Source: Azolla caroliniana
Taxonomy: Eukaryota > Plantae > Polypodiophyta
DNA length: 64,000 nucleotides
Direction of reading: 5' to 3'
Assembly (NCBI GenBank): GCA_043228905.1
Contig: JBHGNT010000003.1
Span: 16,306,001 to 16,370,000 of the forward strand
Part shown: positions 1 through 13,200 of the stretch, piece by piece
How positions within the stretch are numbered: the first letter of the stretch is position 1
Layout: the number at the start of each line of letters is the position of its first letter
The notes under the pieces: model-generated
What the model was told of the DNA's origin: nothing
Databases searched by the model: none
Seen by the model: only the letters and a program-made list of their open reading frames with translations
Translations under genes and position numbers: made by a program

Positions 1-2283
1 TAGCAAAGGACAAGAGAGCAAAGTTGGATACGGTGATGATGAGTTCAGCGTGGGTCTTGGTCGACAAGAAGGTCTTCCGAGTTGAGACATACTCTTCACG
101 AAAGACATGACAATTGTCGACTGGGAGTCGGAGAAGAAGATAGGAAACTTCGGGTTGACCGATAGAGATTGATTGGAAGATGCAAGGACCCATCCAGCTA
201 GAAGCCGGATGACACTCGGAGAACCGGGCGAAGTCAAACAAGAAACCGAACCTACTAATGAAGAAGAAGAATGGCACATCGGGACTAGTATAGACCCCGA
301 ATCAGATTCGAATTAAGAATAGACGGAGGAACCGGTGGTGGAAAACCAAGGTCAGACATATCTGGAGGAAGAGTGAATATTGTGGACCTTACGAGTGGGA
401 CCCGGAAAGCCTTAAAAAAGCAATGAGGGACACCCACAACCGCAATTGGTTGAGTGCCATGTAGGATGAAATGGATTCCATGCATGAGAATCATACATAC
501 GAATCGATGGAGCTATCGAAAGGAAAGAGAGTGCTCCGGAACAAGTGGGTGTAGAAGCTGAAACCGGGAGATGGCGGAAATCCACTGAGGTACAAAGCCC
601 ACATCGTGGTGAAGGGTTTCCAGTAGAAAAAGGCAGCGGATTTCAACAAGATCTTCGCCTCAGTAGTCAAGATGACATCCATCCGGACTGTGTTAAGCAT
701 TGCTGCAAGCATGGACCTCGAGGTCGAGCAGCTAGACGTGAAGACAACGTTCCTACACGGTGACCTCGAAGAAGAGATCTACATGCAACAACCAGAGGAA
801 TTTGTTAAGAAAGGGAAGGAGAGCCTAGTTTTCCGGTTGAAGAAGAGATTATACGGAATGAAGCGAGCTCCCCGACAATGGTACTAGAAGTTCAACTCCT
901 TCATGACCAATCAAGGATACCACAAGAACCAGGCCAATCACTGTGTGTTGGAAAAGAATATGTGCGGAAGCTTAAAAGACACAACCGGGTAACAAGAGAC
1001 AGAAGACAAAGAAGATGAGAAAGGTTTAATTGAAAGCTTGATCAACACATCGTATGCGGGAGAGACAGAGAGAGCAGAACACAGAAAACTCTATACCAAA
1101 ACAATACTCTAAAACTCTATACATAGGATGTGCTTAGAGAGCAGTTTTATACAAGTCCATACGGATTGATGGAAGTACTGACACGTACTTCAATCCTCAT
1201 CAATGAGCCTCTACACTAACTTCCAAAATATATTCCTCTGCGGAATATCTATCCAAGGGCCTCCCGGTTTACGCAATGTTATGGCCTCTCGTCGTGCACC
1301 TAGTTTAAGCACTCAGTCTACGAAGTTATTAACGTTCCGGTTTATGCACCCAATGTTGAGCTTGTTTCCCAACACGTGTTAGTGAAGAAATTCGATGGAG
1401 GCAACTTCATGATACTTCTGCTTTATGTGAACGACATGCTAATCGTCGGACCAGACCGAATCAAAATCGGGATTTTGAAGAAGGCCTTGAACCGGACCTT
1501 ATAAGTGAAAGATCTAGGCCTGGCGAGCCAAATCCTGGGAATGCATATAATTCGGGACCGTTCGAAGAAAAAGTCGGTTGTCATAGGAGAAGTACATGAC
1601 AAAGGTACTTCAAAGGTTCAGCATGTCGGATGCCAAGCCGGTCGGGTTGACACTTCCACCATATTGCAAACTATTTGTAAAACAGAGCCGGAAATGATGA
1701 AGATATGGTATGCCTCCGCAATCGGAAGCCTCATGTACGCAATGATGTGTACACAGATAGATATCGGATATGGAGTCGGAGTGGTTAACCGGTTTATGAG
1801 CAATCCGAGAAGTGAACACATGGTCGCAGTCAACTTGATCCTCTGGTACCTGAAAGGCACCTCGAACATGTTCCTCCGGTTCAGATCTGGTAAACCCCTA
1901 TTGGAAGACTTCAGCTGATGTAGATCCAGCCGGTCCACGTCAAGATACATCATGCCATATTCAGGGGGAGCGGTATCACGGCAGTCAAGACTGTAGAAAT
2001 CAGTGGCATTGTCAACTACAGAAGCGGAATACATGGCGGTTGTAGAAGCCTGCAAGGAAGTAATATGGATGAAGGACTTCATCAAAGAGTTAGGGATCCA
2101 GCAAGAGGAATTCTGGCTCTACCGTGACAGTCAAAGTGCCATCCACCTTGCAAAGAACGCAACGTACAATTCTTGGACCAAGCACATCCAAAGGAGATAT
2201 CACTGGCTTCGGAAGAAGGTAGAAGACCAAGATTTCACTCTGATGAAGATCCACATGGAGGACAATGGGTCGAATATCCTAAC
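1..2283 (+). mobile_element. Decayed Tork/Tnt1-like Ty1/copia pol fragment (integrase C-terminus, RT, RNase H); left copy of element D
   Basis: ORF fragments with QLDVKTTFLHGDLEEEIYMQQP, MKDLG, YASAIGSLMYAM, ALSTTEAEY and SQSAIHLAKN; many stops and frameshifts. Confidence 0.93.
946..1374 (-). mobile_element. Copia solo LTR inserted in the RT of element D
   Basis: TGTTGG...CCCAACA termini; interrupts DHCV|FVKK; similar to the LTRs at 53283-53685 and 9468-9852; TSD not clean. Confidence 0.82.
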
Positions 2284-5200
2284 TGTTGGCATAAAAGGCC
2301 GACTCCCTCCACTTTGTATTCTAGTGTGAACTCATCCACATAGTTAGGGCTTAGTAAATAAGCAATAACCTAACGTTGTAAAGAACAATCTTCTTGATCA
2401 TATATCGGATATTCAGTCTCTGAGAAAGAGACAGAGAACATGTATATCTTTGCTCTCTTTCTGTGTTGTTTTCTAAGTACGAACTAAGGCAGATCCTCAT
2501 ACGTTCCAGCATACACTTCTGCTTCAACTAGTATCAGGGTGATTTGCTGCCCATCACTTGACTGAGTCATACGAGAGAACAAGCCGACAAAACCGGTTGG
2601 AATACCAACCGATCAAAAATGAGGGGAGACCGATAGTCGAAGTCGAGAACGGGCCGATCAGGTGAATTCTGCACACACTGCAGAAAGGTTGGCCACAATG
2701 TTTCCGACTACTAGTCAATCAAGAGGAAAGAGAGTGGTTAGTGATCCGAACGGAATCAAGGAAGACCCGACTCGGACCACTCTCCAGTTGGCAACCAATC
2801 AACGTTGTCGACTCCTGATCAGGAGAAATTCTATCCTTAGAGGATTCAACGATCAGAGAAATCCTCTACAGTGCACAAGATGCACACATGTGGCTACTAG
2901 ATTCCGGTGCCACATTCTATGTGAACCCCAAAATTAAATGGTTTTCGGACTATTCAAACAATGCCATCGGCATAGTTCTTCTAGGTAATGGGCAAGAGTG
3001 TAGAATTGCAGGGACTAGAGAGGTTCCCATCCGATTACCAAATGGCAACACAATAACCCTACACCGAGTTCGCCATGTACCTGATCTTAAAAGGAGTCCG
3101 GTCTCCATCGGCATGCTAGCCGAATACGGGTACAAAATGAATCTAAGTGAGTCGGTATGGATGATCAATCGAGGAAACTTGAAGATAGGTGGTGGGCACA
3201 ATTACAACAACCTATACCTGTTAATGGCGATCAATTCAAAAGGGGCTCTAAACGTAGCTGAAAAGACCGACCCAAACTTATGGCATAGTTGACTCTATCA
3301 CATGTCTCAAGCCGAACTTGATCGGGTGATGGTGATAAGATACATCCTGAAACTCCAAGCAAAGACGGACATCTGTGAGCATTGTCGATATGGGAAACAA
3401 ACCCGAAGTCCGTACTCTCTCCACTACGAGACAATACGACAACCCCTAGAGCTCATGCACACAGATATATGTGGGTCCATGCCAGAGCGAAGTTGGCACA
3501 CTTGAGGGTTTTCGGTAGCATCGCGTATGTGCATGTGCCAAAGGAGAAACGGAGGAACCTGGACACCAAAGCCGAGAAGTGTATCTTCAATGGCTGCTCA
3601 GACGAACAGAACGGTTATAAGTGCTAGAACCCCCAAACCAAACAAGCTCGCATAAGTTAGAAGGTTCGGGGGGTAACTTCATCTACAAAGGTGATGAGGG
3701 CCCAAACATCCCCATGCAACGAAATGCATATTTCTCGGTTATGGAACTGATGGGGAATTCGGCTATAGGCTATGGGACCCTAAGAATCGGAAATTGATCC
3801 AGAGCAGTGACGTAGTCTTCAATGAAGACTCTATCCTCTCTCAACAGAACCAGCTGAGAATAGTTGGTAAGAAGGTATCCCTCGAAGACGACAGAGTTGT
3901 CATAGAAGAACCGACCCATCAAGCCGAATCAGAGATTTGACAAATAGTCAAACTCGAACAAGCCGACAACATACTTGCCGACTCCGAATCGGTAGGAAGT
4001 CCACAAGTCGAACTCGAAGATAAAGCCATCAAGCACAAAGCCGATTCGAGAAGAGTCGAAACATGCAAAGTCAACAAGATGCGAGTAGGAAACAGAACCG
4101 AATCGACAAAGTCCATAGGGGAGGACAACGTGACACCACCGAAACAACTTGGGGGCGGGTCACCTAACAAGACTCTTGACACAAATGGTTCAACAAATAC
4201 TGATCGCCCAACCGAGTCGATCGAAGAATCCAAACCACTTATCTCGGCATCCAGGAGATCTGGACGAGCTCGAAGGCCAATAGTGTTTTTTCAACCGGGC
4301 CTCGACTATGTCAACTACACCTATGCAGGCAAACCAAACACTTATGAAGACGCCATAGCCGCAATGGACACCGATACATGGATGCAAGCCATTGGATCCG
4401 AAATGGACTCAATTCACAAGAATCAGACATGGGAGTTGGTTGAACTACCAGCTAGAAGGAAGCTGCTACCTTGCAAATGGGTTTTTAAATACAAATATGT
4501 ATCCGACTTAGAAAAACCAAAGTACAAAGCTCGGCTCTTCACGAAGGGATTCAAACTAGAATACGGGGTTGACTAAGGCGAGATATTCTCACCAATAGTC
4601 AAGATGACCACCCTCTGACTCTTACTAGGAGTTGTGGCGACAAAAGACGTAGAGCTAGAGCAACTGGATGTAAAGACGGCATTCCTCCATGTAGATCTAG
4701 AAGAAGACATCTACATGTCTCAACCGGTAGGCGTCACGGCGACGGGGGAGGACAATCATCTCGTATGTCGGTTAAAGAAAAGTCTATATGGCTTGAAACA
4801 AGTGCCAAGGATGTGTCCTACATCAGGTAACTTGGATACCACCGATCCGACTCCGACCCATGCATGTATATTCGGCACCTGGTCGACGAGTCTAGGATTT
4901 ACCTGATCCTATATGTCGACGATATGTTGATTGCAGGAAGCAATCAAGGAGAGATCAGAAAGTTGAAGCGGAACCTTCATGACAAGTTCGCGATGAAGGA
5001 ACTTGGACAAGCCCGTCATATATTGGGCATGAGGATCGAGCGAAATCAGAAAACCAAGATTCTTTGACTCTCCTAGTCAGACTATATCCAGAAGGTGTTG
5101 ACGCGATTCAATATGGAGAATGCGAAGCTAGCACCAACACCGCTTCTAACGTCAATCCGACTATTGCACAAACACTCTCCTTCAACGGACAAGGAGAGAG

Positions 5201-5293
5201 ACCTTAATGGAAAGATGCCCTACGCATCGGCGGTAGGAAGTATCATGTACGCAATGGTGGCGACCGAACCCGACCTAGCCTATGTCGTAGGAG
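2284..5293 (+). mobile_element. Internally deleted, 3'-truncated Copia C (left copy) with 5' LTR 2284-2526 and a short Copia E integrase remnant (~3490-3660)
   Basis: LTR TGTTGGC...GCTTCA followed by decayed Met-PBS (ACTAGTATCAG); protease WLLDSGAT, GAG-pre-integrase LWH...CEHC, RT motifs CKWVF, QLDVKTAFLH and LYVDD. Confidence 0.88.
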
Positions 5294-5939
5294 CATGTCA
5301 AAATTGGCATCCATTGTTTTGGAGGCAAAAATGCTATCAGTTTGAGCCCTGCAGGTTTTCGATTGTCTTCTGTGTTTTCGGGATCTCTGTTCTGTAGTTT
5401 TGATATACTGTCGTGAGGCCTCTGTTCGTGCTGGAATCCTGTGTGCTCCCGATCAGAGGCTCACTAGTGTCTGTGTACGTGTGTTGAGAGCTCGAAGCTT
5501 TGTCACATTCACGTCTTTGCTTCTTTCAGCCTATGTGTGTTTTCCGAGTATCTGAGCCCGTGTGCCCATCATCCTGCATCCGGCGACCGGCCCAGATCGG
5601 TTCACGTGCCTGTCCCCGTGTGCTGGCAAAGGTATCCTGCGCGTGATCCGGATAATCATCTCTTTCTCACTCTCTCGACCGGCTCCTTTGTTCAAGACCC
5701 TGATGGTCCCGCCCCGATCCAAGACATGCACACGGATTTCCGCGATACCGTGTGACCTGGAAGCTTAGAACTAGAAAAACTGGCTTGAGTGATATGCATT
5801 TTAACAGGTATTTGATAAAGACGATATAGTATCAACAAAGTCTGCAATTGTCAATTGTTCAGGTTTGAGTAATACACTTAGAGCTACAAGATGATTCAAA
5901 TCCTGTTTGAAGATGCAGGGCACAACTATGAGCTAGCAG

Positions 5940-6430
5940 CATTGCCAACATAAATTCTCACCTCCCCTTTCAGCCAAATAAAAAAAAGCTTTTGAGAGAG
6001 TTGTGTGAATATATTAGGTGCGACTCTATAAATATAGCCACATTCTTTCCCCATCAATTAGTATTGTACCTGTGCCTCTGTTCATTCTCAATCATTGAGG
6101 GCTTTCTCTTGTTTTCTTGTCTTCCTCTATCTGATCTGTTTTCTACAAGTATTGTACCTTCTCATCAACTTATTCTTTCATGGCATCAGAGCTCAAAATT
6201 CTGACCCTTCCATTACAATTCAAAATGTGTCCTACTTTCCTTCTTGGTTTTCTCATCAGCCCTTGGGATCTCGCTCTACTCATGGTTCATGGATTTATGT
6301 CCTCATTTTGGCCTTCAACTTCTCCGTGTTCTCTGGTTCTGCCCAAAAGATCTGGAACCAACTATCTTATTTGGCAGTCAATAGTAACTACCATACTCAA
6401 TAAACAATGTAGTCTGGGATTGACTTGATA
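5940..6430 (+). mobile_element. Old Copia remnant (LTR end, PBS, gag start)
   Basis: ...TTTCA TGGCATCAGAGC at 6181-6192 (Met-i PBS with one mismatch), followed by gag-like TNYLIWQSIV. Confidence 0.5.
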
Positions 6431-6556
6431 GTGTAGTCAAGTCTACTAATCTTGCTGAAATTTGGGTATTTGTATGTATATCTACACTCATGAGGATTAG
6501 GTCGCTTGGCAACTTTGAGGATAACCGGTTTGGGAAGCTCAAGCCTGAACCGAGCC

Positions 6557-6855
6557 AAACTGTACCGCCAAACGTTTAAAAATTTAGGCTTGAGCCAAGC
6601 CATTGCGGACTCCTAATTCTGATGCAGCTTATATACAACCCCGTTTTTCTCAAAAGAAAAGGATGTCATTACAAATGATCAATCACTTGTCACTGAAATA
6701 CACCTAAACTGTACCGCCAAATGTTTAAAAATTTAGGCTCAAGGCGAGCCATTGCGAACTCCTAATTCTGATGCAGCTTATACACAACCCTGTTTTTCTC
6801 AAAAGAAAAGGATACCATTACAAATGATCAATCACTTGTCACTGAGACACACCTA
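6557..6855. repeat. 149-bp tandem duplication
   Basis: AAACTGTACCGCCAAA...CACCTA starts at 6557 and again at 6706. Confidence 0.9.
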
Positions 6856-8519
6856 GACACTAACTTCAATGAGCACGCATCGTGCATGCATCGGTGTTCC
6901 TTCAAGGTTTGTGAGCTGGAGCGTTTTCTGTTGACATATGGTGGTGGCTCAATCTGGAAACAAGTTTTGTGATCAAGTTGAGCTATGAACACAATTATTT
7001 ACTGGAACGAACTTATGCATTATGGTAAATCATGAAAGTCTTAAGTATCAATAATGTGTATGACATCCAAATGTCCAAATAATTTATGCCAACATCATAA
7101 TGACTCCATATTCCAAAGTTTTGTTACATAAACATGTTTTGGAGAACCTCAGAAACACTGCAAAACAGTTCTGGAGGATCTGATACGTTTCTGTTTGCAT
7201 TAACTATGCTTGATGAAATCTGAGATATTTGTGTAAATATGAAATGCTTGGTTATTAGATTACTTATGAACTCCATCAATTTGTTCATCATTCTTTTCCC
7301 ACGCATTCTGTACAACTTTATGTGTGTGTGTGTGACTAAGCTACTGGAAAGAAGTTTCTCTTGCAATTTTTTCTCAGCCTCGAGGCTGTCAATTGTTTAG
7401 GCAGCTATTTCCAAACATTCATATAATCCTTCTTGTTTTAGAAAAGGCAAAATATACTCTTTGAACATCCGTTAATGAGCCAGTCGAGAAGAGAACGAAT
7501 GTTCTGCATGCATTTTGAATTCCTTCTATTGATATGGGGTCTCATTTCAAGTGACTAAATCTTCGGGAATTATGTGAAGTTAATGATGCTACCCTTCAAA
7601 TATTGGCCACTTGTAAGATGAGTTGAAATGAAACTCAGTCTGATTTAGATCTGACGGCTATGTTTAGTTAGCATTTTAAGTACTATGTGATCCTTAGCAT
7701 GTTTGGATTAAATAATCTAAACATATGGCGTTTCAACAATCATACAGGAGTACATTTTGAAAAATTTCAAATATGGCTGCTACTTATAACATTATGATTG
7801 TCAAAATTATCGAATTCATTGTGTCTTGGGAGGTTTTTGAAACTTTGTGTGTTTTTCCAACAGAATTTAGCCAGATATGTAAGAAGGGAGATAACTTGCC
7901 TTGCATTGACAGGTAATTCACCTTGCATAACAAGCATAACGTGTGTTATTATGAACAGGTTTATTCTTCTTTTAAATTTTTTTCTCTAACTCATTTTCCT
8001 TTGTTCTTAATCCTCTATATAAAGAATCACTTCTATCTGGGAACATCCTTTTCTCAACCGACACATTGGACACGAAAGAGTAAAAATTTAATAGGTTGCT
8101 TGAAGAGATTATTTTTCCTTTTCCAAAAGGAAGGCTTTTATGAATGCTTGGGAATAGTTGCCCAAATTAATTGATATAGTCTCGAGAAAACTTTGCAAGT
8201 GAAATGTTGTTGCTTTATGGCTTAATGGCACATGCATACATAAAAGTTGTATAGAATTCGTGGACAACTCATGATGATGAACAAATACATGGGGTCCATA
8301 AATATTTAATAACCATGCATTTCATGTTCACTTAATAACTTGGACTTCTTAATGCTTAGTTACTACAAATATGTAATGGTGCCTCTTGGATATTGCTGCA
8401 AACCTTGAGAATGATGATTCTTTATAATGTTAGACAAACTATTTTGGGTGTATGGTTTTTGATTACATCATCAATGCTTCTTTGTTTTTCATGATTTGTC
8501 ATCATGTACAATCATTGTA

Positions 8520-9195
8520 TCAAGTAAATACTTCCGATCTTCCTTGTATCTTGACCGACTATCAACATGTCATCTAATATAATAAGAGCATCAAGAAGTC
8601 ACCTTCATTGTACCTTTTGACAAACACGTAGTGGTTCGCCTGCGTTTTCTGGAACCTATGTTCCTGCATGAAAGATTCAAACTTCTTGTACCATTGGTGT
8701 GGAGCTTGTTTCAGGCCATACAAGCTTTTCTTCAGTCGACACACAAGGTTCTCTTTCCCTTTCTCCACAAAGCCTTCGGGCTGCTGCATGTAGATCTCTT
8801 CATCCAGCTCCCTGTGCAAGAATGTTGTCTTGACATCCAACTGTTCGATCTCCAAATCCATGTTGGTGGCTATGCTCAGAACGTATGTCATCTTCACGAC
8901 TAGTGTGAATATCTTGTCAAAGTTGACACCCCTTTTCTATTTGAACCCCTTCACCACTATGCGGGCTTTATACCTAGGTGCGTTGTCAACTTCTCCAGTC
9001 TTCACCTTATACACCCATTTGTTCCTGAGTGCTCTCTTACCTTTTAGTAATTCTACGAGGTCGTAGGTGTAGTTTTGTGCAAGGAGTCCATCTCATCTTG
9101 CATCACGCTCAACCATTTCTCTCTGTGCTCGTCGACAATGGCTTCATCATAGCACTCTGGTTCACCTTGATCAGTCAAGAAGATGTATTGATTCG
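8520..9195 (-). mobile_element. Copia RT fragment (paralogue of 63330-63860)
   Basis: QLDVKTTFLH, LKKSLYGLKQAP and LLLY*DMLI motifs. Confidence 0.88.
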
Positions 9196-10247
9196 GTTGA
9201 GCTTGTTCGCTCAACACACGAGCTAAAGTCAAATGTGATGGAACGTCGATCTATAGAAATGAAAAACGTTGCATGTAAAAAATAGGACAATAAACTATCA
9301 AACTTCCTTAGATAAGTAACAAGGAAATTAAGGTTCGTGTTGATATGGGGCAAACATTAATGCATTGTCCATTGAGAATTGAGTATGCTTGCACTTCAAA
9401 ACATTCTAAGGCTATATTTTTAAATAGCTCACCAAAATCGATGGTGTGATTGTGAATTGTTTGGGATTGTCAAAGTAAACATGCAAAAAAGTTTGACAAA
9501 CCGGCTTAGCCGGATAGCAACAGAAGATGAAGGAAAACTCAACACACACAGAGTACATGTACACATGAGAGAGAGAGAGAGAGAACAGAACATAAACTCA
9601 ATTCAAAATAATACTCTCAATTTCTGTGTACTTAGAATGTGCTCAGAGAGCACTTTTATACAAGTCCATAAAGGACTGACAGAAGTGCTGACAAGTACTT
9701 CAATGCTCACATGAGCGACTATCACTGACTCCCAAAAATATGCCTATGTACTAGGCTGGATCTGTAGGCCTCTAATGCCCTACCGGTTTCAATCCGATCC
9801 GGCTCCTAGTTCCGGATATCATCCGGATCCAGTTGAGTTTGCTCGTTCAACACTCCCCCTCAAGCTCAACTTCAGGTCGGATTGTGGTGTAAGTGTCTGC
9901 AGTAGCCGGTCCTTTCCTTCGGCTCTTTTTGATGTTCTCCCGCCTTGCTCGCGCTCCTCTTCCGGTCTGGTTCCGCTTTCCGCGACCCGTCCGGTATTGC
10001 GCACCTCGGCCTCCTTGGTCGGCATGTCTGCTCAACAGGCCCATTTCAGCTCCTTTATTGTTATGACTCCGACGCTTGTCGATCCATTGGTTCCTCTGTG
10101 TCAATGTCGACTTCCGCTGCATTCTCGTGCGCTTGGCCTTTAGTTGATCTGGCTTCTCCGAATCTTGAACCAAATCAGCTTCCTCAAATTCGTTCCAGTT
10201 CTTGTCCGAGTTGGTAGTCTCCAACTCGTCTTTTGATTTTAGGCCCT

Positions 10248-13200
10248 TCACCACATCGGACCACGTCTAGGTCTTGGCCTCCTTCCGGTCGGCTCTGTCC
10301 TTCTTGACTCTCCTACTGTTGCCGCTTGCTCTAACTTGTTCGGATGTGCCGACTCCTTCGGTTGGCTCGGCTTCCTTTTTCTGCTTATCCCCCCCCCCCT
10401 TGGTTCTTTCTTCCTCTTCGGCTCCTTGTCCGATGCCATTCGGGAACTTTGTTCCCGTTCCTGTTCCCCCCCCAATTGCGGCACATCGAGATGCTGAATG
10501 TCGAGCATCTCCGAAAAATGTTGCAACTTGTCTGATCTGAGCGGCTTGGTGAAGATGTCGGCAACTTGCCGATCCATGTGAACATACCAAAGTGCAACTT
10601 CATCGCTCAGGACCCGCTCGTGAACAAAGTGATAATGCACTTCTATGTGCTTTGTCCGAGCATGGAATATAGGGTTCTTGGTGAGCTGTATGCTGCTTAC
10701 GTTGTCGCAATAAATCAAGATCGGGGTTGGCACCTCGATTCAGAGCACTCGCCAAAGGCAGATGGCTTCACATGTGGCAATGGTAGTGCCTTGGTATTCA
10801 GCCTCAGTGCTCAACAGAGCCACTATTGGCTGCTTTTTGCTGCTCCACGCAACAGCTGCGCTACCAAGAGAAAACATGTAACTGGAGGTGGATCGGCGAT
10901 CCGATGCATCACAACACCCAATCAGCATCGGTATATCCGACTAGCTTCCCAGCTATATCGTGTCGTTATAACAGTCCCCGGTCCTTTGTGCCGCTAACAT
11001 ACCGGAGTATTTGGTGTGCGCACTAAAGGTGCCCGATGGTTGGCTTCTGCATGAACTGGCTGATCACTCCTACCAAGTAATTGATGTCGGGTCGAGTGAT
11101 TGTCAAGTAGATAAGGCTTCCGACAATTTGTCGGAAGCGTTTCTCATCACAGGTCGGTCCGGAGTCGGGACGTCTCTTCAGGTTCCGGTCAGGGATGTAG
11201 AGATCGGTTGGCATTTAGTCATGCCGAACTTGTACAACATATTCAATACATATACAATATGCCATCAGGGGTTCAGATCACGTCAGTCCGAAGAAAATAA
11301 TGAAGGTCCCCCAGGTCTTTCATTTGAAATACGTCTGACAACTGCGACTTCACTCGGCCGATATCAACGAGTCCGAGTCCAGTGATGACTAAATCATCTA
11401 CATAAAGCAAAATGCAAACCGGCCCATCCGGACTGTTTCGGATGAATAATGAAGAGTCAGACTCTGAGGCCACAAACCCCATCTTACGCACCCGGTGAGT
11501 GATCTTCGCATTCCAAGCTCGAGGGGCTTGCTTCAGACCATAAAGCGACTTTTTGAGTCGGCACACTATTGACTTGTTCATCTCCGATTGGAAACCGGGG
11601 GGTTGGATCATATAGACCCGTTCTTCAAGGTCACCTTGAAGAAACACATTCTTCATGCCCATTTGGTGAAGATGCCTTTCCCTTGCCGCAGCAACCGCTA
11701 GTACCACACGAACCATCGTCATCTTCGCTACTGGAGCGAAGGTCTCTTCGTAGTCAATTCCGTGGGTCTGTCCGTATCCCTTCGCCACTAACGGAGCCTT
11801 GTATCGGTTGACCGAACCGTCGCCATTGTACTTTCACTTGTACACCCATTTGCAATCGATCGATTTGCACTATCGGGGAGGGTCAAACAGGTTCCATGTA
11901 TCGTTGGCATCTAGTTCCCGCATTTCTTCCTCCATAAGAGCACACCAATTTGCATCTTTTGCTACTTCTGTGTAGCTATCCGGCTCATGCACTTCCGCCA
12001 CCTTAGTCATGTACACATAGTGACGCGCCATGTATTCATTGTACCCGTACCCCATGACGGGTTTCTTTTGACGGATTGATCGGCGTAACTTTTCGTTAGC
12101 CGGTTTGAGTCCCTTCTTGGCCGGTTCGGGCTTCATTTCTGAAGATCCGCCTTCTTCCTTTTCGGGGTTAGATTCGTTCCGATCCGACCCTTCACTGCCA
12201 GTGTCACATTCCGGCATCTTCTTCTTCCCCTTGTCTTTGCGCGCGAACTGTTGTGGTGAAGATTTTCGGCAACGGTGTGAAAATTGCATGGAATGTACAA
12301 ATCGAGTGTGGTTCTTCACACACAATATAAAAAATTAATAGTGAAGTTACTAATTTATATTAGTTTAATATCTTGGTACGAAAAGATAGATTTCTTCAAG
12401 AGCTTTCGAATGCATTTTGCTATATGTGAAATGGACAACTTAGTGTCAAGTTATGCGAGTGCGAAGTTTGAGAAGAAAAAGAGAAAAACAAAACTATGAG
12501 ATATCCCACATAGATAGGACAAATCAAGATCTCACATTACATAAGTAGAGCCATATCTCTTTATATTTCATCTATGTGTTAGGAGCACAAAAAGGTTGGG
12601 TTATATAACTTGGATGAATGGATGTGGCCAAGTTGTTCAAAATAGTTTTGAAGAACCGGAACAGACGGAAGGACGACGACGAAACCGGAACCGGATCGGA
12701 CGAACGAACGACGACGGAACTGGAACTGGAACCGAACCGGACAGATGACGATGGAACCAGAACCGGAACCGGGATTGGGACCGAATGGCGACGGAACCGG
12801 ACCGGCCAGATGGACGGATCGATCGGATGTGAAACGAACAAAATCTTCTAGACTACAAAACTTAGTAAAAATTTGTATACAAAGGGATGCAAGCAAGGCT
12901 TGAACCTTGCACCTCCAAGATAGGAGGCAATAAACTTATCGCTAAGCCAAGCTATTTCTCTAGAAATGTTTTTTCTATCATTATAGTTTCACATGTAAAT
13001 TCTCATATTAGAGCTTGATTGAGTGACATGGTTATCATGCATCACATGTTACAATGCATGAGCGCCAAATGGCAAACATGCATTCCATGCATTGAATGCA
13101 TGTCTTGTACCCTCACATGCCTCATATGCATGGGGGCATCTATAAAAGAGTGGATGAAAAATATCAAAGGGAGCGATGTATGAATGAAGAATTTAATAAG

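Noticed and set aside
5296-5770. GC-richer segment starting TGTCA after the truncated Copia C
   Set aside because: May be another LTR fragment, but no partner, PBS or TSD was found
6860-8520. Possible host exons in AT-rich DNA
   Set aside because: Scattered splice-like motifs but no recognisable protein or consistent frame
12650-12835. GAACCG-rich low-complexity ORF
   Set aside because: Simple repeats inside the solo LTR
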